A stretch of DNA of 40,182 nucleotides from Chitinophagaceae bacterium (GCA_031364085.1 JANLVQ010000193.1:1-40182), one strand, 5' to 3'; counted from the stretch's first letter, positions 16,975 through 26,668 are shown. Notes: generated from the sequence alone by a model not told the origin. Numbers and translations: made by a program.

Positions 16975-19365
16975 TTAATTTAGCATTTTTTCAATCCAAG
17001 TTAATTTTCCTTCACTATTCATTCCACATAAAACCATTTTAAACTTTTTAGAATAATCATTATTAAAAAATTGAATGGTTGCTTTTCTTTGATTACCTTC
17101 TGTTGTGATGTATGGATTCCAATAAATAGTTGTTCTAAAATCTGGTGTTAAAGCATCATTTTCTTTTTCATAATTTGGTGAGAAGAATTCTTTGTATGCA
17201 CTATAGCCTTCGAGATATTTAAACTCCAAACCCTTTCCTGCTATGCTTTTTATATCTGAACCTTTTCTGGTGTACAAAGCAATGGCTCCACCTGATGAAC
17301 CTCCAAAGCCACCAAAAAATGGTGGACGAAATACTTTAACATATGCAATTTCAGACATAGGAATTGTAGCAACAACATCTGCTTCTGTATTCACCTCATC
17401 AATAAAAAAACTAGGTGTACTTTGTCGCCATTTTAAAGTTATTTTGCCATCATTTCTAAGAACTTGTAAGCCTGGAACAATGCCTTGTAAATAACTAAAC
17501 AACGAGAAAGAACTCTGTGCCCTTAAATCATTAATCAAATCAAATTGATATGCATCTCTACCATTAAAAATTCCTGAAGCATATTTTTCATCTAATAAAT
17601 CAATTGCAGTTTTTGCTTTAGTTTTTACAATAATCTCTTTTAGATATCCAGAATTTTTTGTTTTAAGCAATCGTTCGTACTCTAAATCTAATTTTCTCTG
17701 TTGTTCAAAATAATCAGCATTAATTGTGGTAAACTTTTTAATAATTGTATCTATATTGTTTGTCGATGGAGTATTAAACAAGTCATTCTGAAAACTTACT
17801 TCAGCATTTCGATTCAATTTTTTATTACTTAAAAAACTATAATATACTTTAAGAGTATCAAAAAATAATATCCCAGATATTTCAAAAGAACCATCTTTTT
17901 TTATTGGAAGTATAAAATGTTCCTTAGTACTATCTTTTGTTTCTAAAAACAATAAAATCTTTTGATCTTGCAAGAAATCTGTTTTACTTAAACCAAAACT
18001 TTTACCAATGAACTGTGTGTAAGTGCTGTCTTTTGCATAACGAATTAATGGAGTTTGATTTTTTATTATTTGCTGCCAATTGTATTTTCTCCAACCATTG
18101 GTTAGCATCACCAAATCGAGATTTTGTTGAGTAGTTTCATCAGAATTTAAAAAATAATAAGCAGGATTATTTATTTTACCTTTGATATCGCTGCTTAACA
18201 ATAATTCAGAAAAAATATTTGTTGAACTATCTTGCTTAACATTTTCATCTGTAATTGAAATTGACAAGTTGGTTAATAAAGAATCTGGAACATCAATATC
18301 TATAATATTCTTGGCTCTTGCATTTGTATTAATTTTCGATTGAACGCTAGGATAAAATTGAAAATTATCATTCTTCACAAAAAAAATTCTTTCTGCAAGG
18401 GGTAAATAATCTTCATTAAAAAGAGTCAACTGCATTATTCCTGTAGGTAAACTATTTGTTGGAATATGAATGATTTGGCTGGTTTTATTTGTAAGTTTTA
18501 CAAATGCCTTAAAAGCAATTTGATTATTGATTAATACATAGAGTTTGATATTTTTATTTTCGCTTGAAACATTTGCACTTCTATGAATAGTTGCAATAAC
18601 TGTATTTTTTACATTTTGAACAATTAAACTAACTCCATTTTCTTCAATGGCTGGTAATAATTTTGAATATTCAAAATTCGAATGCTCTTCTTTGTAAAAA
18701 GCAGTGTACTGTAATTGATTGTTAGGGTAATCAATATAAATTACTCCCATTCCATCATGTTGAGTTATTATAGTATCGATTACTTCACCTAAATTATTTT
18801 TGATAACACCTGAAATTTTTATTGGTTGACCATATTGATTGGTTACTTTAAAAGCTACATAACTTTCAACCGAATGAATAATACTTCCTCCTTCAGGAAA
18901 AAAATTAACGATTGGTTTTATAGTATTGAATTGTTCTTGATTTAAATTAGGTTGAACAACAGGAAAATATTTTGTGAAAAGAAAAGCTGTATCAAAATTT
19001 AACATCCAAGTTGTATATGCTTTTACATGTAGATTATTTCCTGAATATTTTGTAGGAATTAAAAATTCACCAACAGCTATTGATTGAAATATTGGTAAAG
19101 AAAGATGTTGAATCAATACACCATTATCATCGTACCAATCTGCATATAAACTTTTGCTTTGTTCCGATGGTAAGATTCCATCAGTCAAATAAGCTTTTAG
19201 CCAAATCGTTTCTCCAGGTTTGTAGATATATTTATCGAAATGAATAAATATTTTTTCTTGAGGAAAATTACTCGAAATAATATTTAATGTACTATCGAAT
19301 TGTTGTGAAAATGATATTGTAGTTGAAAATATAAATGTGGTAACAACAACCAAAAATTTATTCAT
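16975..19365 (-). CDS. secreted MG2-like / TonB-receptor plug-domain protein without a beta-barrel
   Basis: The ORF track extends to 19494, but the signal peptide begins at Met44 (MNKFLVVVTTFIFSTTISFSQQ, ATG at 19365), which removes the overlap with lysS. N-terminal KIFIHFDKYIYKPGETIWLKAYL is MG2/alpha-2-macroglobulin-like. C-terminal LQGIVPGLQV...IAYVKVF...GGAIALYTRKG is a Plug-like domain. Confidence 0.7.
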   Translation of the reverse strand: MNKFLVVVTTFIFSTTISFSQQFDSTLNIISSNFPQEKIFIHFDKYIYKPGETIWLKAYLTDGILPSEQSKSLYADWYDDNGVLIQHLSLPIFQSIAVGEFLIPTKYSGNNLHVKAYTTWMLNFDTAFLFTKYFPVVQPNLNQEQFNTIKPIVNFFPEGGSIIHSVESYVAFKVTNQYGQPIKISGVIKNNLGEVIDTIITQHDGMGVIYIDYPNNQLQYTAFYKEEHSNFEYSKLLPAIEENGVSLIVQNVKNTVIATIHRSANVSSENKNIKLYVLINNQIAFKAFVKLTNKTSQIIHIPTNSLPTGIMQLTLFNEDYLPLAERIFFVKNDNFQFYPSVQSKINTNARAKNIIDIDVPDSLLTNLSISITDENVKQDSSTNIFSELLLSSDIKGKINNPAYYFLNSDETTQQNLDLVMLTNGWRKYNWQQIIKNQTPLIRYAKDSTYTQFIGKSFGLSKTDFLQDQKILLFLETKDSTKEHFILPIKKDGSFEISGILFFDTLKVYYSFLSNKKLNRNAEVSFQNDLFNTPSTNNIDTIIKKFTTINADYFEQQRKLDLEYERLLKTKNSGYLKEIIVKTKAKTAIDLLDEKYASGIFNGRDAYQFDLINDLRAQSSFSLFSYLQGIVPGLQVLRNDGKITLKWRQSTPSFFIDEVNTEADVVATIPMSEIAYVKVFRPPFFGGFGGSSGGAIALYTRKGSDIKSIAGKGLEFKYLEGYSAYKEFFSPNYEKENDALTPDFRTTIYWNPYITTEGNQRKATIQFFNNDYSKKFKMVLCGMNSEGKLTWIEKMLN

Positions 19366-19415
19366 GCCCAAAGTTGAGCAAATAAGTAATGGTAAAATTA
19401 AAATAAATTTAAAAT

Positions 19416-20936
19416 TTAATCCGTTTTTTCTGGTCTCATTTGTGGGAATAATAAAACATCCTGTATTGAAGGTTGATTCAACAACAACATACACAATCTA
19501 TCAATTCCAATCCCTATACCACTTGTAGGTGGCATACCATATTCTAAAGCACGTAAAAAATCGTTATCAATAAACATTGCTTCATCATCTCCACGTTCCA
19601 TCAGTTTCACTTGCTCTTCGAATCTTTCTCTTTGATCAATGGGGTCATTCAATTCAGAATATGCATTGGCAATTTCTTTACCATTAATCATCAACTCAAA
19701 TCTTTCTACTAATCCTTTTTTACTTCTGTGTTTTTTGGTTAATGGACTCATTTCAACTGGATAATCCATGATGAATGTGGGTTGAATGAATTTGCGTTCA
19801 CTGGTTTCACTAAAAATTTCATCTATCAATTTTCCTTTGCCAATATTGTTGGGCACTGAAATATTGAGTTGTTCACAAACTTTTCTTAAGCCATCTTCTG
19901 CCATTTCACTAATATCAATTCCAGTATTTTCTTGAATGGATTCAAAAATAGTTACACGTTTAAACGGTGCTTTAAAGTTGATGGTTTTATCACCAACAGT
20001 AACTTCGGTTGTTCCATGTACAGCTAAAGCAATTTTTTCTAATAACTGTTCGGTAATTTCCATCATCCAATAATAATCTTTATAGGCAGTGTACCACTCT
20101 AGTACAGTGAATTCAGGATTATGGGTTCTATCCATTCCTTCATTTCTAAAATTTCTACTGAACTCATACACCCAATCAAACCCTCCAACAATTAATCTTT
20201 TTAAATACAATTCATTGGCAATACGCAAATAAAAAGGAACATCTAATGCATTATGATGTGTGATGAAAGGCTTTGCTGCTGCACCTCCTGGAATATTTTG
20301 TAAAACGGGAGTATCAACTTCTAAAGCTCCATGTTCATTTAAAAACTGACGAATAGTATTGATGATGGTTGTTCTACCAATAAATACATTTTTTAATTCT
20401 GGATTGATTACTAAATCTGCATAGCGTTGACGATAACGAAACTCTGGATCTGTAACTTCATCAAAAACATTTCCTTCCTCATCTCGTTTTACAACAGGTA
20501 ATGGTTTTAAACATTTAGTAAGTAAGGTAAGTGTTTGAGTATGCAAAGATGTTTCTCCAGTTTTTGTGATAAATACATAACCTGTTGCACCAATAATATC
20601 ACCAAGGTCTAAACCATGTTTTACCACATTATCCCAAAAGCTTTTGTCTTCTTCGGGGCAAATATCATCTCGTTTAACATATAGCTGAAAAATTCCTTTA
20701 CTATCTTGAATTTTAATGAAAAAAACTTTGCCTTTATCATTAATGCTCATGATTCTTCCAGCCACACAAACATTAGCAAACGTTTCTTTGTTTTCCTCAG
20801 TAAAATGTTCTTTAATATCTGTTGAATGATGAGAAACTGGAAATAATGGAGCAGGATAAGCATCTATACCATGCTCTTGCAGTTTTTGTAATTTTTCTCT
20901 TCGTATAATTTCTTGTTCACTTAAATGCTGGCTCAT
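19416..20936 (-). CDS. lysS: lysine--tRNA ligase (class II)
   Basis: 506 aa. OB-fold N-terminal domain, class II motifs (FRNEG.D..HNPEFT.LE.Y, GIGIGIDRL.MLL) and RYRQRY.DL. Confidence 0.96.
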   Translation of the reverse strand: MSQHLSEQEIIRREKLQKLQEHGIDAYPAPLFPVSHHSTDIKEHFTEENKETFANVCVAGRIMSINDKGKVFFIKIQDSKGIFQLYVKRDDICPEEDKSFWDNVVKHGLDLGDIIGATGYVFITKTGETSLHTQTLTLLTKCLKPLPVVKRDEEGNVFDEVTDPEFRYRQRYADLVINPELKNVFIGRTTIINTIRQFLNEHGALEVDTPVLQNIPGGAAAKPFITHHNALDVPFYLRIANELYLKRLIVGGFDWVYEFSRNFRNEGMDRTHNPEFTVLEWYTAYKDYYWMMEITEQLLEKIALAVHGTTEVTVGDKTINFKAPFKRVTIFESIQENTGIDISEMAEDGLRKVCEQLNISVPNNIGKGKLIDEIFSETSERKFIQPTFIMDYPVEMSPLTKKHRSKKGLVERFELMINGKEIANAYSELNDPIDQRERFEEQVKLMERGDDEAMFIDNDFLRALEYGMPPTSGIGIGIDRLCMLLLNQPSIQDVLLFPQMRPEKTD

Positions 20937-20986
20937 AAAACTTTAAAAATTGGCTGCGAAGATAAGAAAGCCAACGATTACAAGTA

Positions 20987-21451
20987 TTAGAGATTCTCTT
21001 TATACAAATTGGGTTTGTTAATAGTCATTAATCTGTTTCTCAAATCATCATTTATAGGTTGCCAACCAAATTGATGATACAAGCCATGTGCATCTTTTGT
21101 TGTAAGCAACCATCTTCTTAAGCCTTGTAGTTCTGGATGCTGATGAATCACTTGCATTAGCCATTTGCCCAAACCTTTGTTTTGTTCTGCTGGTAAAATA
21201 AAAACATCTGCTAAATATGCAAATGTTGCTTTGTCTGAAATTATTCTGGCAAATCCAATTTGATTGGCTTTATGGTAAACGCCAAAACACAAAGCATTTT
21301 GAATTGCTTTTTCAACAGTTAATAAAGGAATATTCTGAGCCCAATACGATGTAGTAGAAAGGTAATGATGCACCACATTAATTTGAATTAAAGATGGATC
21401 AGTACTAATTAAATAATCTTCTTGGCTTTGATGGAAAAAACTACTGTTCAT
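20987..21451 (-). CDS. GNAT family N-acetyltransferase
   Basis: 154 aa. Acetyl-CoA binding motif QNKGLGKWLM. Its start overlaps the stop of the upstream pseudouridine synthase gene by 11 nt. Confidence 0.85.
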   Translation of the reverse strand: MNSSFFHQSQEDYLISTDPSLIQINVVHHYLSTTSYWAQNIPLLTVEKAIQNALCFGVYHKANQIGFARIISDKATFAYLADVFILPAEQNKGLGKWLMQVIHQHPELQGLRRWLLTTKDAHGLYHQFGWQPINDDLRNRLMTINKPNLYKENL

Positions 21452-22034
21452 TAAATAATTTTTTATAGATAGAAGATTTAGATAAAGAAATGATATCTCC
21501 AGGTTGCATTTTATTTATTGATAATTGTTCAATGCTATTTCTAATTAATCGTAAAGTTGGAAAACCAACTGTGGCAGTCATTTTTCTTACTTGTCTATTT
21601 TTACCTTCGGTTAATTGTAAACTTATCCAAGTTGTTGCAATATTTTTTCTAAAACGTATGGGTGGATTTCTTTCGTTCACTAATGGTTCAATTAACAAGT
21701 TTGCTTTTGCAGGTTTAGTTTTATATATATTTCCATCGATAGAAATATCTACACCTTCAGCTAGTTTTTTTAAAGCATCTTTTGTAATAGTACCTTCTAC
21801 TTGAACCCAATATTCACGTATGTGTTTATTTGTTGGATGCAATAATTTTTGATTTAAACTTTTATCATTCGTTAAAATTAATAATCCTTCAGAATCAAAA
21901 TCTAGTCTTCCAACAGCATAAATATCTTTTTCTACATCGAATAAATTTCCAAGTGTTTTTTTGTTTTCGATTGATGAAAATTGAGATAACACTTGAAATG
22001 GTTTGTAAATAATATAATATCGTTGTTGCTTCAA
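21441..22034 (-). CDS. pseudouridine synthase, RsuA/RluE family (no S4 domain)
   Basis: 197 aa. YYIIYKP, the catalytic-Asp motif VGRLDFDSEGLLILTND, and L.EGKNRQVR.M. Confidence 0.88.
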   Translation of the reverse strand: MKQQRYYIIYKPFQVLSQFSSIENKKTLGNLFDVEKDIYAVGRLDFDSEGLLILTNDKSLNQKLLHPTNKHIREYWVQVEGTITKDALKKLAEGVDISIDGNIYKTKPAKANLLIEPLVNERNPPIRFRKNIATTWISLQLTEGKNRQVRKMTATVGFPTLRLIRNSIEQLSINKMQPGDIISLSKSSIYKKLFNEQ

Positions 22035-22082
22035 ATGCAGTGATTATAGGTATTACAAAGGAATGAAAAAAATGTTTTAAAT

Positions 22083-22112
22083 AAAAAAATCCCGCAAAAA
22101 ACCAGCGGGACT
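22083..22112 (-). terminator. Rho-independent terminator with no annotated gene upstream of it
   Basis: The minus strand reads AGTCCCGC-TGGTTTTTT-GCGGGATT followed by T7. The stem has 5 G:C pairs, conspicuous in this AT-rich DNA. The right-hand neighbour (lpxD) is on the other strand. Confidence 0.6.
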
Positions 22113-22155
22113 TTGTATATAGATGGGTTAGTAAGTACCGGGAACTTTAATTCCC
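22083..22155 (-). ncRNA. candidate small RNA of about 70 nt (promoter, 5' hairpin, unpaired linker, terminator)
   Basis: Predicted transcript GGGAAUUAAAGUUCCC-GGUACUUACUAACCCAUCUAUAUACAAAG-UCCCGCUGGUUUUUUGCGGGAUUUUUUU. No ORF longer than 13 codons lies between the promoter-like box and the terminator. I do not recognise it as SRP, 6S, tmRNA or RNase P RNA. Confidence 0.3.
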
Positions 22156-22159
22156 ACCA

Positions 22160-22189
22160 CAATATTAATTATAGATTTTGCTAATACAA
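22160..22189 (-). promoter_or_regulatory. candidate Bacteroidota promoter TTG-N19-TAATATTG for the candidate sRNA
   Basis: Minus strand: TTG (22189-22187), a 19-nt spacer, then TAATATTG (22167-22160), which has one mismatch to TAnnTTTG. Confidence 0.3.
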
Positions 22190-22395
22190 AAATTATTTGC
22201 AAGTTTTTTATTCACATTTATTTTAATAATGTGCATTGCTTGTTTTCTATTATACACATTTTAATTAATTGTATATAAAAATAGAACTGCAATGAATAAT
22301 AAAAACTCTAAAATAATTTTAAACTATAATTCATTTTTAATTGCATCATCCATTTGAAATATTTATTGAAATTTATTTAATAAAAAACTTGTAGC

Positions 22396-22403
22396 TACTT
22401 TTG
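22396..22403 (+). promoter_or_regulatory. -7 box TACTTTTG upstream of lpxD
   Basis: Exact TAnnTTTG ending 17 nt before the ATG at 22421. It overlaps the GTG start at 22403 used by the ORF track, which favours the ATG at 22421. Confidence 0.4.
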
Positions 22404-22420
22404 TGTTCTTAATTTATAAT

Positions 22421-23365
22421 ATGAAATTCGCAACTCCATTATCCATGCAATATCTAGCCGAATTGTTAGATGCAAAAATTCTTGGAAATGAAAATAATAA
22501 AGCAATAGGTATTAATGAAATACATAAAGTTGAAACTGGTGATATTTGTTTTGTTGATCATCTAAAGTATTATGATAAGTGTTTAAATAGTGCTGCAACC
22601 ATCATCATCATTAATAACAATGAAGTAGTTATACCAGCAGGAAAAACTTTATTGTTTGTTGCAGATCCTTTTGAATCTTATTTAAAAATTGTAGATAGAT
22701 TTAAGCCTTTCAAACCATCAAATAAAAGCATCAGTGATTCTTTCACTATAGGTGAAGGGAGCATTGTAATGCCTAATTGCTTTATAGGCAATAATGTAAA
22801 AATTGGTAACCACTCTGTAATTCATCCAAATGTTACCATACATGATGATACTGTAATTGGCAATAATGTAATTATACAATCGGGTACAGTAATTGGAAGT
22901 GATGCATTTTATTACAATACAAAAAAGAATAGAGAAGTTTGGTTTAAAAGAATGAAAAGTTGTGGTAATGTAATTATTGAAGATTTTGTTGAAATTGGTG
23001 CTAGCTGCACTATTGATAAAGGTGTTACTGCTTCAACTGTTATTGGCAAAGGCACTATTATGGATAATCAAGTGCATATTGGTCATGATGTAAGTGTAGG
23101 AAAAAATTGTTTGTTTGCTGCACAAGTTGGTATTGCTGGTGCAACTGTTATTGAAGATGGAGTTACACTTTGGGGTCAGGTAGGCGTTAATAAAACCATT
23201 ACAATAAGCAGTGGTGCTGTAGTAATGGGACAATCTGGAGTGGTTGGAAATATTAAAGATAATCATGTGTATTGGGGGACCCCTGCTATTAAACTTGGCG
23301 ATAAAAAAAGAGAAGCAGTTTGGGTAAAACGAATTCCTGAACTTTGGAAAAAAGTTATGGGTTAA
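22421..23365 (+). CDS. lpxD: UDP-3-O-acylglucosamine N-acyltransferase
   Basis: LpxD N-terminal domain (LAELLDAKILGN....I.......GDICFV) followed by left-handed beta-helix hexapeptide repeats (IGNNVKIGNHSVIHPNVTIHDDTVIGNNVIIQSGTVIG...). Start moved to Met7 of the ORF-track protein. Confidence 0.9.
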   Translation: MKFATPLSMQYLAELLDAKILGNENNKAIGINEIHKVETGDICFVDHLKYYDKCLNSAATIIIINNNEVVIPAGKTLLFVADPFESYLKIVDRFKPFKPSNKSISDSFTIGEGSIVMPNCFIGNNVKIGNHSVIHPNVTIHDDTVIGNNVIIQSGTVIGSDAFYYNTKKNREVWFKRMKSCGNVIIEDFVEIGASCTIDKGVTASTVIGKGTIMDNQVHIGHDVSVGKNCLFAAQVGIAGATVIEDGVTLWGQVGVNKTITISSGAVVMGQSGVVGNIKDNHVYWGTPAIKLGDKKREAVWVKRIPELWKKVMG

Positions 23366-23370
23366 TTAAT

Positions 23371-24342
23371 TCAATGATATTTCTCTATTAACTCTTTACA
23401 AATTCTTTCAACACTTTGTTCAAAATTTGAATATTTAAATTCTGGCAAAGCTTTTAATAATTTAGCATTATCATAATTCACTTTTGCCAATGCTGTTGCT
23501 GCAGTTTCTTTAGTTATTAATGGATTTTTATTAGTAAACATACTTTTAAAATACTCTAACCGCCAAACTAGTGCTGCTATAAATTTTGTTACTTCTCTTG
23601 TAGGTTTTTTCTTTTTAAAAATTTTAGCTATTTCATCAAATACATTTCTATAAGTTAAATTCCAAGCAGATAAAATAAATCTTTCCGCATTAATACTTGA
23701 TTCCATTAAAGCAATCATAGCTGTTGCTAAATCATTAACATCAATAAATCCACTGCTGCCATTTGTATACCAAGGAAACTCCTTATACACATTTTTAAAA
23801 ATTGCTGAGGAGCCAGTATTCCAGTTACCTGCTCCTAAAATGATACTTGGATTTACAATAACTGCATGTAATCCTTCTCCAATGCCACGCCACACTTCCA
23901 TTTCAGAAAGGTATTTAGTTTTTCCGTATTCACTATTACTAGTATCTTCTGTCCAATTCATACTTTCAGAAATTAATTCTCCCGGTCTTATTCTTCCTAA
24001 AGCTGCAACAGAACTTACATGAATTAGTTTTTCAACACCACTATGTATACAAGCATTTACCACATTTTTTGTGCCTTCGATATTTAATTGATGCATTAAT
24101 TTTTTTTCTTTTGGATTGAAAGAAACTACAGCTGCACAATGATATACTTGCTTAGCTTTTGAAAATATTTCTTCTAATACATTAATATCTAAAATATCGG
24201 CTTTTTGCCATTGAGCTAATGCTTCCAATTCTTTTGATGGAGCTGTAGCATTATATAACGCAATAATATGATACTGCTTTTTGGCTAATGCTTTAACAAC
24301 ATGAGCACCAACTAAACCTGAAGCACCTGTAACAACAATCAT
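23371..24342 (-). CDS. NAD-dependent epimerase/dehydratase family (extended SDR) protein
   Basis: 323 aa. VTGASGLVGAHVV Rossmann motif and a YGKTK catalytic YxxxK. It lies 4 nt downstream of the MMPL gene. Confidence 0.85.
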   Translation of the reverse strand: MIVVTGASGLVGAHVVKALAKKQYHIIALYNATAPSKELEALAQWQKADILDINVLEEIFSKAKQVYHCAAVVSFNPKEKKLMHQLNIEGTKNVVNACIHSGVEKLIHVSSVAALGRIRPGELISESMNWTEDTSNSEYGKTKYLSEMEVWRGIGEGLHAVIVNPSIILGAGNWNTGSSAIFKNVYKEFPWYTNGSSGFIDVNDLATAMIALMESSINAERFILSAWNLTYRNVFDEIAKIFKKKKPTREVTKFIAALVWRLEYFKSMFTNKNPLITKETAATALAKVNYDNAKLLKALPEFKYSNFEQSVERICKELIEKYH

Positions 24343-24346
24343 ATTA

Positions 24347-26668
24347 TTATTTTTTCTTCATAATAGATAACATTAACACTGGTAACAAAACCAAATTTGT
24401 AATTGTGCCAACAATTAAAGTTAAAGAAGTTAACCAACCAAGGGCTTGAGTACCACCGAAACTACTAAAACAAAATATAACAAAGCCTGTAATTAAAACA
24501 AGAGATGTATAAATAATACTTATTCCTGTTTGTTTTATTGTTTGAATCAGCGTTGTTTTAACATTGTTATTATTGCTCTTAAGCTCTTGCCTATAGTTTA
24601 CTAAAACCCGAATGGTTACATCTATTACAATACCAAGTGCAACACTAAAAACCAATACTGTTGATGGTTTTAAAGCAATACCAATCCATCCCATAACACC
24701 TGCAGTAACAATTAATGGAATGACATTTGGAATTAAGGAACAAAACAAAATACGTACAGACTTAAACAAATACAACATACAAATGGCAATTAATAAAAAA
24801 GCATAAAATATACTTTCTTTTAATCCATTAATAATAAAACTACTGCCTTCTAAAAAAGTTACACTACCACCAGTAAATGTTAATTTATATTTTGTTGAGT
24901 CGAAAATTTCGTAGCCTTTCTTTTCAAAATCTTTTAATAAAATTGGCAATTGTTTACTACCAATATCTTTCATATTCACACTAATTCTGGCAACTTGTTT
25001 ATTAGTATCCAGAAAATTATTTAATAAAGATTCGATTCCTCTTTTTTTATTTTTTGATTGATTATCTGTTTGAATATACTGACTCATAATAGCCATTTCA
25101 GCCATTCCACTTGGAGTGGTATAACTAATGCTATCGCCATTATAAAAAGCTTGTCGAGAAAATTTTAATCCATCTACAAAGCTTAAAGGTTTTGCTGTAA
25201 ATGGGTTTTGCTGAATGTAATTGCTGAATTCGTCAATATTTTGTATGGGCTGTAAACTTCTTAATAACCCTTTTTTCTTTTTTGTATCGATTAAAATTTC
25301 TAGAGGCATAATGCCATTAAAATTATTCTCGAACCATTTTAAATCGGTATAAATAATATCTTTTTTAGGTAAATCATCAACAATAAATCCTTCTTTTTTT
25401 AATTTAAAAATACCTGCAAAAGAAAAAATTAAAATAATGATTGAAATAGTGTAAACCCATTTTGAATGGAAGATTGCCCAACGTTCAATTTTGATTAAAG
25501 TTTTTTCGAGTAGTGGGTTGTTAAGGTATTGCATTTGCTTTTTGGTAGGCTCTTTCATTAAACTTAAAACCGATGGAATGAATAAGAGTGAAATAAAAAA
25601 CAAAGCCATTATGTTGATACCTGAAACATAACCAAACTCTTTTAACAAACTACTTTTTGTTAAAGCAAATACTGCAAAACCAATAGCTGCAGCTATATTA
25701 CAAAACAAAGTAACTACACCCATTTTGCCTACCATGTTAAACAATGCAAATTGTTTATTGTTCGATTCTTTGAAACTAGTATGGTACTTATTTAAAAAAT
25801 AAATGCAATTAGGTACACCAATAACTACAACTAAAGGAGGAATTAATGCTGTTAACAAAGTTATTTTATAACCCAATAAAGCCATGGTTCCAAAACTCCA
25901 AATTACACCCATTGCAACTACGGCAAGGCTCATAAACATTGCAGCAGTAGACCTAAAAAATAATAACAACACAAGAGCTGAGAAAACTAATGATGCTATC
26001 AATAAAAAAATCATTTCTTTTTTAATTCTTTCAGCAATTATGGTTCTGATATAGGGCAAGCCACTTATATGTGTTTCAATGTTTGTTTTACTTTCAAAAT
26101 TCTTAACTATTGTAACAATTTCATCAATGATTTTTGTTCTATGAAAGCTACTGATAGAATCTTTATCAATGGTAACTCCCATTAAATAAGCATGAGTATT
26201 AGGATTATATAAAATAGATTTATAAATAGGTAAATTATAAAAAACTGCTACTTGACTATCTAATTTTTGTTGCTGATTAAAAGGCTCACTAAATATTTTA
26301 TTAGAAACAAATTTTTGAAATGCGGTATCTTTCACTAAATCTACAGCTGTTGGAATTGACATTACACTTTTTATAGCTGTAATTTCAGTTAACTTTTTTT
26401 GTAAATTATTATAAGCAGTAAAATTTTTAATGCTGAACAAATTATTTGATGACACGCCAACAACCACCAAATTTCCATCACTACCAAATTGTTTTAAAAA
26501 TGATTGATAATCTTTATACTTAATATTATCTTCAGGAATAGCTTTATTAGCATCGTAGCTAAACTCAACTTTTCGAGCTTGCCATGCCATAAAAAGAGTA
26601 ATAACAAATAAACCGGCTAAACAATACTTTTTATGCTTAATAATGAACTGACCAAGTTTATACCACAT
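24347..26668 (-). CDS. MMPL/RND-superfamily transporter
   Basis: 773 aa. Two repeats, each with one TM helix, a large extracytoplasmic loop and five TM helices. This is the MMPL/HpnN-like topology. Confidence 0.85.
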   Translation of the reverse strand: MWYKLGQFIIKHKKYCLAGLFVITLFMAWQARKVEFSYDANKAIPEDNIKYKDYQSFLKQFGSDGNLVVVGVSSNNLFSIKNFTAYNNLQKKLTEITAIKSVMSIPTAVDLVKDTAFQKFVSNKIFSEPFNQQQKLDSQVAVFYNLPIYKSILYNPNTHAYLMGVTIDKDSISSFHRTKIIDEIVTIVKNFESKTNIETHISGLPYIRTIIAERIKKEMIFLLIASLVFSALVLLLFFRSTAAMFMSLAVVAMGVIWSFGTMALLGYKITLLTALIPPLVVVIGVPNCIYFLNKYHTSFKESNNKQFALFNMVGKMGVVTLFCNIAAAIGFAVFALTKSSLLKEFGYVSGINIMALFFISLLFIPSVLSLMKEPTKKQMQYLNNPLLEKTLIKIERWAIFHSKWVYTISIIILIFSFAGIFKLKKEGFIVDDLPKKDIIYTDLKWFENNFNGIMPLEILIDTKKKKGLLRSLQPIQNIDEFSNYIQQNPFTAKPLSFVDGLKFSRQAFYNGDSISYTTPSGMAEMAIMSQYIQTDNQSKNKKRGIESLLNNFLDTNKQVARISVNMKDIGSKQLPILLKDFEKKGYEIFDSTKYKLTFTGGSVTFLEGSSFIINGLKESIFYAFLLIAICMLYLFKSVRILFCSLIPNVIPLIVTAGVMGWIGIALKPSTVLVFSVALGIVIDVTIRVLVNYRQELKSNNNNVKTTLIQTIKQTGISIIYTSLVLITGFVIFCFSSFGGTQALGWLTSLTLIVGTITNLVLLPVLMLSIMKKK

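Noticed and set aside
19366-19494. 43-codon N-terminal extension of the 839-aa ORF, overlapping the 3' end of lysS by 79 nt
   Set aside because: A canonical signal peptide begins at the internal Met (ATG 19365). The extension has no features and would overlap a conserved gene.
23371-26668. Interpreting the MMPL plus SDR pair as evidence for hopanoid biosynthesis
   Set aside because: No cyclase or other hpn genes are in the window, and hopanoids are not typical of Bacteroidota. Only the weaker inference of a lipid export pair is kept.
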